Shown here: piece by piece, positions 12,704 to 34,000 of the stretch | Position numbering within the stretch: the first letter of the stretch is position 1 | Layout: each line of letters starts with the position of its first letter | NCBI GenBank assembly: GCA_030141605.1 | Contig: JAQGDQ010000189.1 | Span: 124,001 to 188,000 of the forward strand | Length of the DNA: 64,000 nucleotides | Reading direction: 5' to 3' | Origin: Tubiluchus corallicola | Lineage: Eukaryota; Animalia; Priapulida | Translations under genes and position numbers: made by a program | The notes under the pieces: generated by a model | The model's input: the letters and a program-made list of their open reading frames with translations, nothing else | What the model was told of the DNA's origin: nothing | Database searches by the model: none

Positions 12704-13435
12704 CTCTTTCTGGACTGCACCATTCAAAATAAGTCTTATAAGACGCTTGACTTTAATGCTACTGTATGAGCACAGACATAACTGAATGATTACAAATTAG
12801 GTACTGTTCTATTCAGGAGAATCTCCGTTATCCAATCATGCTATTTGCTTAAGCATTTAAGATTTAGCTAGATAAAATTAAGAAAAACATGCCCCTTTTA
12901 GGCACTCCAACTCAGCCTATTGAGTAGGTTAGTTTGGTGAACACTTACGTGACTGCACACACTATTTTATCGATCGCTTGCTTGTTAAAACTGAAGAGAA
13001 GTGTCTGCTGTACAGAGTTCCAAGAAAAGCCTGCCCATTAGCCAATGATAAATTAAAGGCCGTTTCATCTTTTAGTAGAATTTTAAGAGAATCTCCCATT
13101 AACAAAGAATTGATTTGAGGCCAAAGCATTTCAAAGTGATAAGTCTGGATAGTTGAAATTTTCTGCAATAACCAATTTCACACAAGTGATACTGTACATT
13201 GTTACATGCAAATGCTACAGTTATTGAAAACTTTTTTCAATTTTTTGTCAAAAATCCATTTTTAATTTGTCCAAGGTAAGCAAATGCATTATATGTATAA
13301 TTTTACATGAAAGTCCATTGTCTGAGGAGTAGAAACCTACAAAAATTATGTAAATACAACATAAACACTCCTTAGTGGGAGCAGTTTTTCATTAACTCAT
13401 GTAAAATGCAACAAGCACTTATGGTCCTGAAAGAG
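12704..13435 (+). mobile_element. piggyBac-type non-autonomous element (TTAA|CTCTTTCTGGAC...GTCCTGAAAGAG|TTAA) just after the MRPS31 stop codon
   Basis: 12-bp TIR with one mismatch, TTAA flanks; inverted homologues at ~22661-23345 and ~55139-55843. Confidence 0.85.
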
Positions 13436-13839
13436 TTAAACTTTTGCTAGAAACTTGTTAACTTTATTCAAACATAGAATAAGTCATTAAATTTGAAATA
13501 TCAGTACGTTAGCAAAGATCAAATGTCGAATTAGGATGTTATTATTGTTAAATCAAAGCCGCATTGTTATTTTCAAGTTTATTGTAATCTTGGTCATTTT
13601 TGTAAATTTAATAATTTTGAAGAAAAATGCCTATTTGTTAGCTGAATTTCCTTATACTCGCTTTAACAGTTCTTTTCGATATGACTAGGTTAAAATAAGA
13701 GAGTAACGTTTTCTTAGTGTTTGCACCCGTAAGATAGAGCAAAGGTCAAGTTACAGGCTCTTCCTAAAAAAGACACACCTCTGAGCCTGGTCGAAGATGT
13801 TTAATCACTTTTATGCCAAATCCTTACCCACTCTGAAGC

Positions 13840-14026
13840 TTCAGTGGTGACGTCATATTTATCATTACTTTCACCGGCCTAAACAAAAGTTTGAAAATTT
13901 GCTCTGGGAATAGTGTTGTCTGCACGTGAAGTGATGTTATCATTGCTGTTCTTACCAGTGCATGTTACGAACTTAGTTTGAGTTTACCCAAGTACCATCA
14001 GCGCATATCCGTGGCAGGCAGTGAGT
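13840..14026 (+). promoter_or_regulatory. Putative ATG5 promoter and non-coding first exon: CRE TGACGTCA (13848-13855), E-box CACGTG (13923-13928), candidate donor GTGAGT at 14021
   Basis: Motifs read directly. An acceptor before the ATG5 start codon requires an upstream exon; assignment to this spot is inferred. Confidence 0.4.
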
Positions 14027-15063
14027 TCATTTTCTTCTGACATCCACTGTTAAAAACTTTACAACATGGTCCAAATTAATGTCATAAAATCTGACGAGCA
14101 TTTATTTATGGATCTGGCAACGAAAATAATACGAAAACATTTTACACTTTATTTAAGAAATTTTAACTCTCACCACACCGCTATTGACAAAGTAAGGACT
14201 TTGACCAAAAACTTCAAACTAACTTATCATATTTTATACCAATAGCTTTTTTGCAAATCCAACCTTGTAACCCAGCTTATATCATTGAGAAGTAAACAAT
14301 TTTATTATAGTAATTTTTTGCATGTGAGCAAACAGTCTTCTTGAAAATAAAGCCACTTTGAGCTTCTTGTTATTTACAATATTCCTGTAGGTCTATCTGA
14401 AAGTCGGAGTGTTAAGAGTCTGAAAGCCGTATGCCTGTACGAATCTTGGGTGAGCCAGTGCACACAAATTGTTACTAAATAACACATGCCACTAATATTT
14501 TTAGTCAGTTTTTTAACCTTTTTTCTATTGAAAGAGCACTATACCAGAAAACATTACGATTGATCCATTTTTTAAAAATTGTAAAATAAAGTTAAAAGTG
14601 CTGTGTTTGACTATTGATATTTTGATAATTTTATATTAACATTGTAATTTTGGTAACTTTCATTTTTATTTGTGGTCTAACACGTAACTTACTCATAGAT
14701 ATACGTTTAGTACCGATAAACCGGTTTCACAGGTTTCCCATATTGGCCAAAAAGAGTCAGCTGAAAGACTTGCGTATGTGAAATCACAGTAAGTTTCGCC
14801 TTTAAGAACACCTTAAAACCTTGCAAAAAAATCACCTGGCAAATAAAAGACAACTTGGATAGCTAAAATAAATAAATGCGTTAACAACTTCAACCAAATC
14901 TATTTTTAGGAGTAGAAGAACTTGCGCTGTTAGCTGCAGATAAGTGTGAGTGGAATAGTCTAATTAATGTTGTATAAAATTTCAAGACGAATCTTTAAAG
15001 CTTTATGTACGTGGAGGGTTTTCTTTAACACTATATTTTTTTATCAGCTGAATCGTAGTTTTC

Positions 15064-24175
<9,112 letters not shown>

Positions 24176-24275
24176 TCTTTGTGAATAAGGGATGTTGTAT
24201 TTGTACTACTTGTAAATAATATTTGTTTAGTATGCTTTTATAGATAAATTTTAATAAGGCATGATATTGTTTATA

Positions 24276-24941
24276 CAGTATAATCCACTTATAACGAGGC
24301 CTGTTATAACGATCCTCTGGTTACTAAGAGTAAATTTCAAAGTCCCGTCAAGTCTTAGCCTTTATTAATGTATTTAAACCTTGCTTACTCTTATTGAGAG
24401 TTTTTGCTTATTACGAAGGCATTTTCTGGCCCTGTGATTCTGCGGTAAGTCCTCACTTAACGACTCCCTGTTTAGCGATGTGTTGACAAGAAATCCATTA
24501 ATTAATCAGTAGTACTGAATATTAGTTAATCGGTAGAAATACGAATAAAACTCATGAAACATTTAATTTATGTGATTTGGGCAGCATTGATTTTTGCTTC
24601 TCGGACGTATTTCAATTCGTTTACATTGTAAGTTTTAGTTTTGTCTAACGACGTTTCGCTTAATGTTGCGTTTTGCTGGAATGCATTTGTGCAGGACTTA
24701 CTGCACTTCCCCTGCATATGAAGAGCATGAATTCTAAAACTGCCAGTTACTCTTTTTGTGATCAAATAGTTGCTGAAATGCTAGTAATCATTACAAAATG
24801 TACTTTTTGTCATTATAATCATGTCAACCTTACAGGGTTCATTTCTATATTGTACACAAATGACTTCTGCTATAACGAGACTCGGTTTTAGGGAGCAAAT
24901 TTTTACTGTTATTTGAAACTCGTTACAAGCAGATTATACTG
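24276..24941. mobile_element. Tc1/mariner-pogo-type MITE 100 nt after the ATG5 stop codon
   Basis: TIR CAGTATAATCCACTTATAACGAG versus CTCGTTACAAGCAGATTATACTG; TA on the left flank, TG on the right. Confidence 0.8.
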
Positions 24942-27729
24942 TGTTCATGATAGTGGAAATTTTATGCAAGTTTATATATATAAGAACGAAAAAAGCTCAA
25001 AAACCACCGAAATAGTTCTTAATATCAAAAGCTGGTAGAATTACTAGATTATCCCATGATTTATATATGGAAATATACTATATCTCATTTAACCGAAGTG
25101 ACGTGTCTTCAAATTTAAGAGCGGAAATTTTTATATGTGTGCTTGCAAAGCAAAAGTGTTGATAGGTCAGCATAGTTGAAGCTACGTTATGATGCTTCAA
25201 CGTAGGATGTACCAAACATTGGATCAAATGTTAGTTCTTTTGTTTTTTATGAAAATATATTGGATTTTTTGTTCTTAAAGCTCAACTTAATTTCGATGAT
25301 ATTCCCCCTTTAAATTGAACTGTTGTAATATTATATGCGTGCTTGTAAACCAAAACCATCCATAAGTCGGCATAATTGAAACTAAGTAGAGTACACCAAA
25401 AGTTTGGTCAAATGTCAATTTTTTGCTTTTTATAAAAACAAATGCTAAACATAAACTTTTCTATTCTAGCATCAAATTATCGAAAAAATGTTCGAAATAT
25501 ATTAAAAATCTAATTTTATAACCTCTTACCCACTTTTCTGGCTAGAAACTAGTACTGCAATTGTAAAAACGTATACTTTTAAACTTCGATAGGTGCTCAT
25601 GGAGGAAGCTGTCATTTTGCTATTTGTGGAACCAGTCATTTTGCTTCAGGTTTTTTCTATTTTCAAGCTCAGATATTCTTCAGAAAGAGCCATTTACTGG
25701 ATTTAAACACAACTTCAATTTGTTTTTGCACATTCCAAAACAACCAACATTTGTGCGGTTGCGTGTTTTGTAGAAATGCGACAAAAAACAATGGCTAATT
25801 TTAATAGTCAGTTTCTTAAGGTTATGTTTTCCAGTGTGCATACCTGCACCTCAACTTCAACGTGGATTATTTCAGCTTAGAAATAACATCGAGTGATGAC
25901 CTTTGTATCAAACTGATCCTCATGAAATGGAGATTGAGGACATGTGAATAACTTGAAAGGCTTAATTGCCGACTTATGGATGATTTTGTTATGTAAGCAC
26001 AAGTTTCCCATCTTGCTTGTGCCTAGACATTTCGAGTCGTTTGTGCTGGTGTAAAATTTGTTTCGCCTGTTAATGTATTGTTCCACTGTTATTATCAAAA
26101 ATTGTTTAAATTCAACTTTCATACATGTGAAATAAAAACATAAGTATTAGTATTACATATTTGCGTCTTTCGCTGTCGTGTATCTCTCCAGTCATATTAA
26201 TTTTGCTTTTTCATACTGTATTTTGAAAACGCTCATCTTAATTTTTCCTTTTTCTTCTTTATATGAAATGTGTTTTCTGCTTAAACCACAAATGCTATGA
26301 TCAATGGTGGCTTGTGTGTACGCACTGTGAAACTGCAGCACCTCGAAATTTATGTATGAATATTCTTTCTATCTTTTTTCCTTTTACACAACATTAAAAC
26401 AATGGCTAAAAATTTTCTGAAGCAGCACGCCCACTCGTGGCTGGTGTTAGGAAGTACGACGCCCAATTAAAAAATTGATAGTGGAGCCCTCTGCCTTACA
26501 AAAGCTGAAGATTGATATTTTATGCTTCGCGTAGTTCAAAGTCCAGTTGAAAATTTTAATGCTTTATTGCAATTCAAGATAATTACTGACGTACTGTTTG
26601 TGCATAGGCCTTTTTTGGCTTTTATGCGAGAAATCTTTCAAAATCAATTTTCAAAGTCGATGGTTTTTCTAATGTAATTTTCTATAGATAGCATCGTTAA
26701 ATTATTTAGTCTCATTTAGGAAATTGTTGACCGTTGGTACGTTTTCTGAAAAACTTCTGTCACCTGATAAGACTGATGCAGGGCCTCTCTTGGCGCGCGA
26801 CCCAATTTGAACAAATCTGTCTAATTGTCTTAAAACCCCTGCCCTGAGTGCCCTCACTAATTTTAGTTACGAGCCGTCACTGGATATTACGCTTTAACAT
26901 AATAATTATGTACCTTCATTTTCTACTTGGTTCAGAAAAAATAATGTTCACGTGTATAATTTGACTTTATATTTTTAGGGCTAGAGACCTTTAGTTGTTT
27001 TATATCTTAGGTTTTACTGAAATCTTGTGGTGTGTTAAATAGTCAATGTGTAGTCAAATCAACTATGCTTACATAAGAACCAAAACTTACTGTACAGATC
27101 TTACTACAGAAATATTCACGAAATTAAAGTTTAATTAAGTTTCACAGTGCATTAAATTTCAGGAAAATAATGACTTGTATTAAAAATGCAAAAAAATCAA
27201 GATCACACGAACACGAAAGATGTAGCTGCTTGCTATATTTGAACACTTGCAAATTGGATAATGCTCAAAATTGCTCATGTTATGTGTTGGACCAACATGG
27301 ACAATTTATTAGTCTGCTATTTTTCATTGTTATCCCGTCAATAAACTACTGCTAACAAGCTAAGCAAAATCAATTTGCTAAGACTAGCTGGCTTCTTATA
27401 AATTACAAAAGCCAAGTTTGCTATTTAGAAATGTGAAATTAGTTTACATTATTCTACCATAATCTTTTACAGCCTACTGGCTGTCCAACTAATGCATTGT
27501 GAAGCTGTTTTAGCTATATTTAGTTGCTCAGATGAATAAGATTTAATTTCCATAAAACTAAGACATATTTACAATGCTGTACCCAGCTAAAATTCAAATA
27601 CAGTTTCTGAAACCTTCAAAAGTTCAGAGTGCAAATAAAAGTCAATGTCAATGTCTGTTACAGGCCAAGTACAAGGCCGCCCCTTTGCAGCAGTCTGCAT
27701 TGCAGGAATTAATTTCTACAGTTTGTTGC

Positions 27730-27889
27730 TGGGCGCCCCCTATGTGTTTAAATTTGACACGGCTCAGTTCTTGCGCATGCGTGTCAGTTTAGTGGGGTAG
27801 CGGTCGTGATGTTGTTGTCAGATTGCACGATACTCACAAAATAACCCCAGTTTATAGCAGAATTAGTTTTTAAACTCACATGATTAGCA
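27730..27889 (+). promoter_or_regulatory. Putative QKI core promoter/5'UTR: NRF1-like TGCGCATGCG (27772-27781) followed by Inr-like TCAGTT (27784-27789)
   Basis: Locally GC-richer patch about 100 bp upstream of the ATG; motifs read directly, function inferred. Confidence 0.4.
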
Positions 27890-28031
27890 ATGGGTGATAC
27901 TAACAATCAACAACAGCAACCGTCATCGCCACCTCACAACGCAGACTACTTGGCTCAGTTGTTAAAAGACAGGAAACAAGTCGCTGCTTTTCCGAACGTT
28001 TTTCAGCATGTTGAACGAATTCTGGACGAAG
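27890..28031 (+). CDS. QKI: QKI/how coding exon 1 (QUA1)
   Basis: [47 protein letters not shown]; donor GTGAGT at 28032. Confidence 0.92.
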
Positions 28032-31000
28032 GTGAGTCCATTTCTGTTAAATTAATTGTTTCGTAGGTATTACTAAGATCTTGAGTTTACATGGTGTTTC
28101 GTAAACAATTGAAGCAACCTTGAGAACCAGTGTTGAGCTGTTTGTTCCTGAAGCAAAGCACTTTTGCTACGCTTATATTGAAAATTTTTGCTGCTGCGGC
28201 AGCCATGTTTTAAACTTTGTTGTCTGTCGCAACTTTGTTAAAGTACAGTGTTTAATTGTTTGGATACTTATTAGACGATTTTATACGATGAAGAAATCGG
28301 TTTCGAAAATGAACAGGCTTTTCTTTTGTCCTGAAAATCGTTTTTCGACAAATCCTTTTTTGGCAAAATAGCTATTTTAGCTAATATGTTTGTTGTATTA
28401 TTAGCCCGACTGGAAGTAAAATTTTATTATTAGTAATACTACTTCTACAGTTTACAACAAATCAGTTTGGAAGGTTTTATAGTTTTTTTTATGATTGTTA
28501 AGATGCTGTGAAAATTTTGTTGTTATGGTATGCATTATAGTAATACTAAATTTTTTTATTCATGCTTGCATTTACTGGCTGACAGAACTCAGTGTAACAA
28601 TGTAAACAATTAAAAGGTATGCGTAAATTTTCATATGTATAAATTATACTTGATGTGTCGTATAACGTAGACTTGCATAATTAAATGTTGTGTGAAAATC
28701 CAAAATTACAAATTGTTGAAATAAAACAAAAATGTCACTGGTGTGGGTGGATGGTGCTTAGTAAACAGTTCTCAGACAAGTGTCTAACTTGCAAACTTGC
28801 AAAGATTTTATTACAAGTTGGTTAAATGAGACTTATAATATATAAAAGTCGTTAACAATACATGTAATTTATACAATTAGCAATGGATGATTAAGCTCTC
28901 AATGGTAAAACTTGCAAAACAGTTTTTTTAACTTCTTGGATATTTGCAAAAATTTTGCAGCAGTTCTTTGTCTAGAGATGATTTGAGAACTTTGTTGTAG
29001 TTAGTTATTAAGTCGAAAAATTTGGGACAAACCAGGTAGGGACAGAAAAGTCATTTTATTTCGTTTTTGTGAATTTCCATTTTTCTGAATGTTTGTAAAA
29101 AAGAACTAATTTGCTAGTGACAAAATATAATTTCTTGCTGGGAATATGTGAGTTGATTCTTCAACACCGATTGTTTGGATGTGTTCCTTTTGCTACCGTT
29201 CTCGTGTTTTTACCCAAGGCATTTAATTGCGAAGTGGTCTAGTTTTTTTCCTACAGGCCTCTTATCTAAGGAATATCGTTTTGCTAAAGGTTGTTTGTAT
29301 TAACTCACCAGTTTTAAGAAAACTGAACTTGAATGGCCGTTGGCCTTGTTTGGGGCTACTTGATAAAGTCCAGGGCTGTTTTAACAACTATGTAATGTGG
29401 ACCTTGGGCAAAGTAATTTACTGGGACCCATACTTTCAAAAAATCAATACTTAGCATGTAAAAAACTTTTAAATTAAGAATAGTCAATAGGCACTTTAGC
29501 CTTGAAAAAACGAACATTTTCACACACCTAATTCGTTTAGCATGAAGCCCCTATATTCAGGAGGTCAGGACAAGTGCCCAATTTGCAAGACCCACAGGGC
29601 AAAATCTGTTTGACCTGAATATTTGTGACACCCACAGTTGACTATGAAGCTAATTTGAATGTTTATTCCTTCAAATGGCAGCGATTCTCAAAGGATGTTA
29701 TCTAGAGCAAACATCGACTAATTTCAGTTGTTAGTTAAAAAGTTGGTATAATAGAACACTTAATTATCATTTTTACTTTTTTTAATTTAACTCACTTGTA
29801 GTTCATAAATTACTTAAAAAGCAAAATTATTAATTAGCATGGACGGCAAAATTTAGAAGCAAATTTTGGGCACCGGCCCATGTGCTATGCAAAATTACTA
29901 TTGTTTCAATTTTACCGACCCAACCCATTGCAAATCTGGATCGTGTACCGCCTTTTCAGTGCAAACTGTAAATGTACCTACATCAACGCACTCAGTTGTG
30001 AAATTGCATCTGTTACAGTAGGACATTTCTCAACGTATTTTTACCTGTGCCTTACTTATCTACGCAACGATTTTCTCAAAAATTGCGCAGTTTTTGACTT
30101 GGCGTCTCTATCTTATTATATAGATACTGACGTTTTCTGTCAACATTCAAGCCAAGCCTGGAGGCAGACATCCTTGCATTAACATACCTCCTATTTCCCA
30201 CACGCTAATCCCACTGTACTATTTTCTGTCTCTTGAGTATTGTCGTCCACAGACTATTACTATAATTCCTACCTGTCCTTTGCCCGGGTGACGCTACATT
30301 TGCGCATGACTGCGCCTATTTTACATGCATAAGATTTAAAAGCTTCTTGTACTAGTTTGGAGAATGAACCCCCCGGGGGGCAAGGGCGCACCTCATCACA
30401 GCTACGAGTGTTAAATCAGCGTTGCAGCTTGCATTCCGCTACAGCGTCAGGGCACTTTTCAATTAATGTCAGCTTTAGCTTGTACTGGAAAAGTGATTTT
30501 ATAAGTAATTTTTAGTATAATCACTGTAAATTAAGTATTATTGAATATGTAATTTAAATGGTACAATTTGAATACATGTGTAGTTTAAAAACTACATTCT
30601 TAACAATCAATTTATTTCACTGCAGCAATACATCAACATACAATATTATTGAAACAAAAAGAAAAGTATAGGTAAAAAAACGTTGATGAAGTCAAATTAA
30701 TCAAATAAAAGAGTTGCTGTGTGACACCTTGAAAGCTTGGCTTGTTAAGGTGGCACAAATGAGTGAATGAAAAAAATGGTTTGTATTAAAGTTTACCAGT
30801 GTATGCGACTACTGTACGTCAAGTCAAGTACTTCTAGGATTTGTAAGAGAAACTTCATTGTGCTGAATAAAACTGCAAACGTAACGTTAGGTTTCCTCGT
30901 TGCTGTGGGTTGATTTTTGTAATTACTCTTCATCTCAGCCGTAGACGAATTCTCACTGTTTCCCACCGTTCTCAGCTATGTTACGTTCTAAACTTTTAAT

Positions 31001-34000
31001 ATCTGACGGTAGACCTATCTTTACTAAGTGTTCTTACATCGGTTGTATCGCCTACTATCAGTTTATCGGCTGTACCTACTTGTGAAATGTAAATAGACCA
31101 ATCGCAGCTCTTTTACGACATATTTTGTTTGCTGTACATACTGCTTGGCAACTGGAGTGTATGTGCCCCACGCAGCCCCCACTTCGTTTCACTGTGCCCA
31201 CGCAGCCTCCACTTCGTTTCACTGTGTCCCCTTGCCCCACGCAACCCCCACTTCGTTTCACTGTGGCCCTTTGCCCCACGCAGCCCCCACTTCGTTTCAC
31301 TGTAGCCCCTTGTCCCACGCAGCCCCCGCTTCGTTTCACTGTGGCCCCCTTGCCCCACTTCGTTTCACTGTGCCCCACGCAGCCCTCACTTCGTTTCACT
31401 GTGGCCCCTTGCCCCACGCAGCCACCACTTCGTTTCACTGTAGCCCCTTGTCCCACGCAGCCCCCACTTCGTTTCACTGTGGCCCCTTGCCCCACGCAGC
31501 CCCCACTTCGTTTCACTGTGGCCCCCCTTGCCCCACGCAGCCCTCACATCGTTTCACTGTGGCCCCCTTGTCCCATGCAGCCCCTACTTCGTTTCACCGT
31601 GGCCCCCTTGTCCCACGCAGCCCCTACTTCGTTTCACCGTGGCCCCCTTGCCCCACGCAGCCCCCACTTCGTTTCACCGTGGCCCCACGCAGCCCCCACT
31701 TCGTTTCACCGTGTCCCCTTGCCCCATGCAGCCCCCACTTCGTTTCACCGTGCCCCGCTTGTCCCACGCAGCCCCTACTTCGTTTCACCGTGGCCCCCTT
31801 GCCCCACACAGCCCCCACTTCGTTTCACTATGGCCTATGACGGCGTAATATAACAGGCAAGAGACACAACCCTCCACCTGTTTTTACTCATTTATATTCA
31901 GAAATAAGCCTCTAAAAAGATTTAATTACACTCTCGTGTTCAAGAATATTAGGTTGATTTGGTAAATTATTTATCGTAATTATTAGTGCCACTGGCATAG
32001 CAATGTCTAGTTTTTTTCTGCGTTTAACCGTGTTAAGGACTGATTTTTTATTTTAAAGTTCTGTCTGCCTAATGTCTACAGTAGACGTAATAGGCTTGAT
32101 GATGATGATGGTGATGATGATGATGACGAGTGCTACTGTGTTCGTATGAAACTGACGCATGTGAGAACTGAATTGTAAAACGTTAAAAACAGTGTTTGAA
32201 TAGAGGATTTTTATTTTTTTTTCAATTTTAGATGTTACAATTTCTAAGTTATTATTTTGATATTGTGGGTTATCTTTAAATATCTGTCACCGTTTCAGTG
32301 TTATCTCCAATGAAGAAACTCTTATCTATGGCATATCATATCTCTTCACAAATAAGATTATGCAGAGGCTGACCACATGCCCCTAACTCTGGAAATCTCT
32401 AAACATTTGCTTGCCAAAAGTAGACTGTAGCCGTATCGAATTTCCGTGCTGTAGTCTGGTGTCTGTTGAAATAAGCGTGTTCATCCGAGGGTCTGGGTCA
32501 TAACGCGCAGCATGGGCTTATATTGCTTTATAGATGCTGAAAAACTTGAAAATCGTAACACACGTGGCTCCCATTAAACTAGATTTTCGCGTTTCTATGT
32601 GTGATTTATCATTTATGGTACGTTTTTACCATAGATGAGCTATGTCGGTCTTTCTCTCTCAACCTTCTCTCCCTTCTTTCCTCTGTGTGTGTGTTTGTGT
32701 GTGTGTGTGCGCGTGCGTGCATGTGTGTTTATTGTGTGTGTGTGTATGTATGCGTGCGTGTGTCCCCTCTACTTTCTCTCTCAATGTCTCTCTCTTCTCT
32801 CTCTCTCCCTCCCCTCCCCTGCCCTCTCTCTCTCTTCCACTCCCCCTCCCCCTGCTCTTTCTCTCCCCCCCTCTCTCTCTCTCTCTTTCTCTCTCCTCTC
32901 TCTCTCTCCTCTCTCTCTTTCTCTTCTTTCTCACTTTCTCCATCCGTCTCTATTTCTTTCTTCCCCTCATTTCTCTGTACTCCTCTATCCATGTTTGTCT
33001 CACTGGTTCTCTTTCATCAATGACATTCAGTGCCTCACACGTTAATGACTCAACTCTGACACTGTACTTTCCACTCCATACAATCAAGGCTGTTTACCTT
33101 GACTTTTATTATCCGATGCTATTATCTTGGCAATTTATATGCCAGAACAGATTTATTCTGCAACTGTGACTAGTAATAGACCCATAGATATAATATTTGT
33201 ATGACTGGCAGAGGGCAGCAAAACAAATGGCGGCAAAGCGGATAATATCTCGTACTTTTTAATAGGCGCTCGAGAAATGAATGTAAACAAATTTGCTCTG
33301 CACTTATCACGCGAAAGAGTATCAGTTTTTGAACACCCGGAAATGTTATCTGTTTCGAACCCGTAATTTTCTTAGTCTGCTGAAACGTTTTCGATGAAAT
33401 TATAGGCTATCAGCTCGTGTTGTACATACAGCCACCCCACAAACGTGAACACGAGGGGCAAGGACCGACGCAAAACAACTTTTCAACTCATCTGTAGGCT
33501 ATAATACATAGTAAAGGGTGCAGTCTAAAGGGGGTAAAAGGGAATGGGCGATTCGGGGGAGACAACATTCGGGGAATACCTGCTGTGAGTCAAAACAGTT
33601 AGCTAATCTTCACAGCATGAATCCCCGACTGCCCAGTGGTCAGACAGCGCGTGTGGTCGCCGTCGGTGGTCAGTAAAAAGGCCCTTGGTCAGTGACAGTT
33701 TGTGTGCGCTTTCGGTAACACATTTTTTGCGCAGAGACGCGACTGCCCAGTGATCAGAGACTTTCGGCCAGGGCGTCTGGTCACTGTGAGTGGTCAGTGG
33801 ACAAAGCCGTTGGTCAGTGACAGTTTGTGTGAGCTTGATACTGCAGATTTTTTACGCAGAGACGCTGTTTCTAGGCCAAACGTGTATTTATTTCAAATTG
33901 AAACATGTGTTTCTGGCTTTTCTTCCAACGTGGACTACTTTTTTCACACAGTTCACGCATTCAGCAGTGAATACTCTAGCACGCACATCAATTTCTTCAA

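Noticed and set aside
13321-13345. CTGAGGA-GTAG-AAAC-CTAC hammerhead-like motif
   Set aside because: Followed by AAAA rather than GAAA, and it lies inside a DNA-transposon copy.
31076-31853. Long overlapping ORFs (up to 242 aa) and a CRISPR-like regular repeat
   Set aside because: Head-to-tail minisatellite with no unique spacers and no cas genes, in a eukaryotic intron; the ORFs are translations of the repeat.
32601-33169. CV-, LS- and RE-rich ORFs
   Set aside because: Translations of the (GT)n/(CT)n microsatellite.
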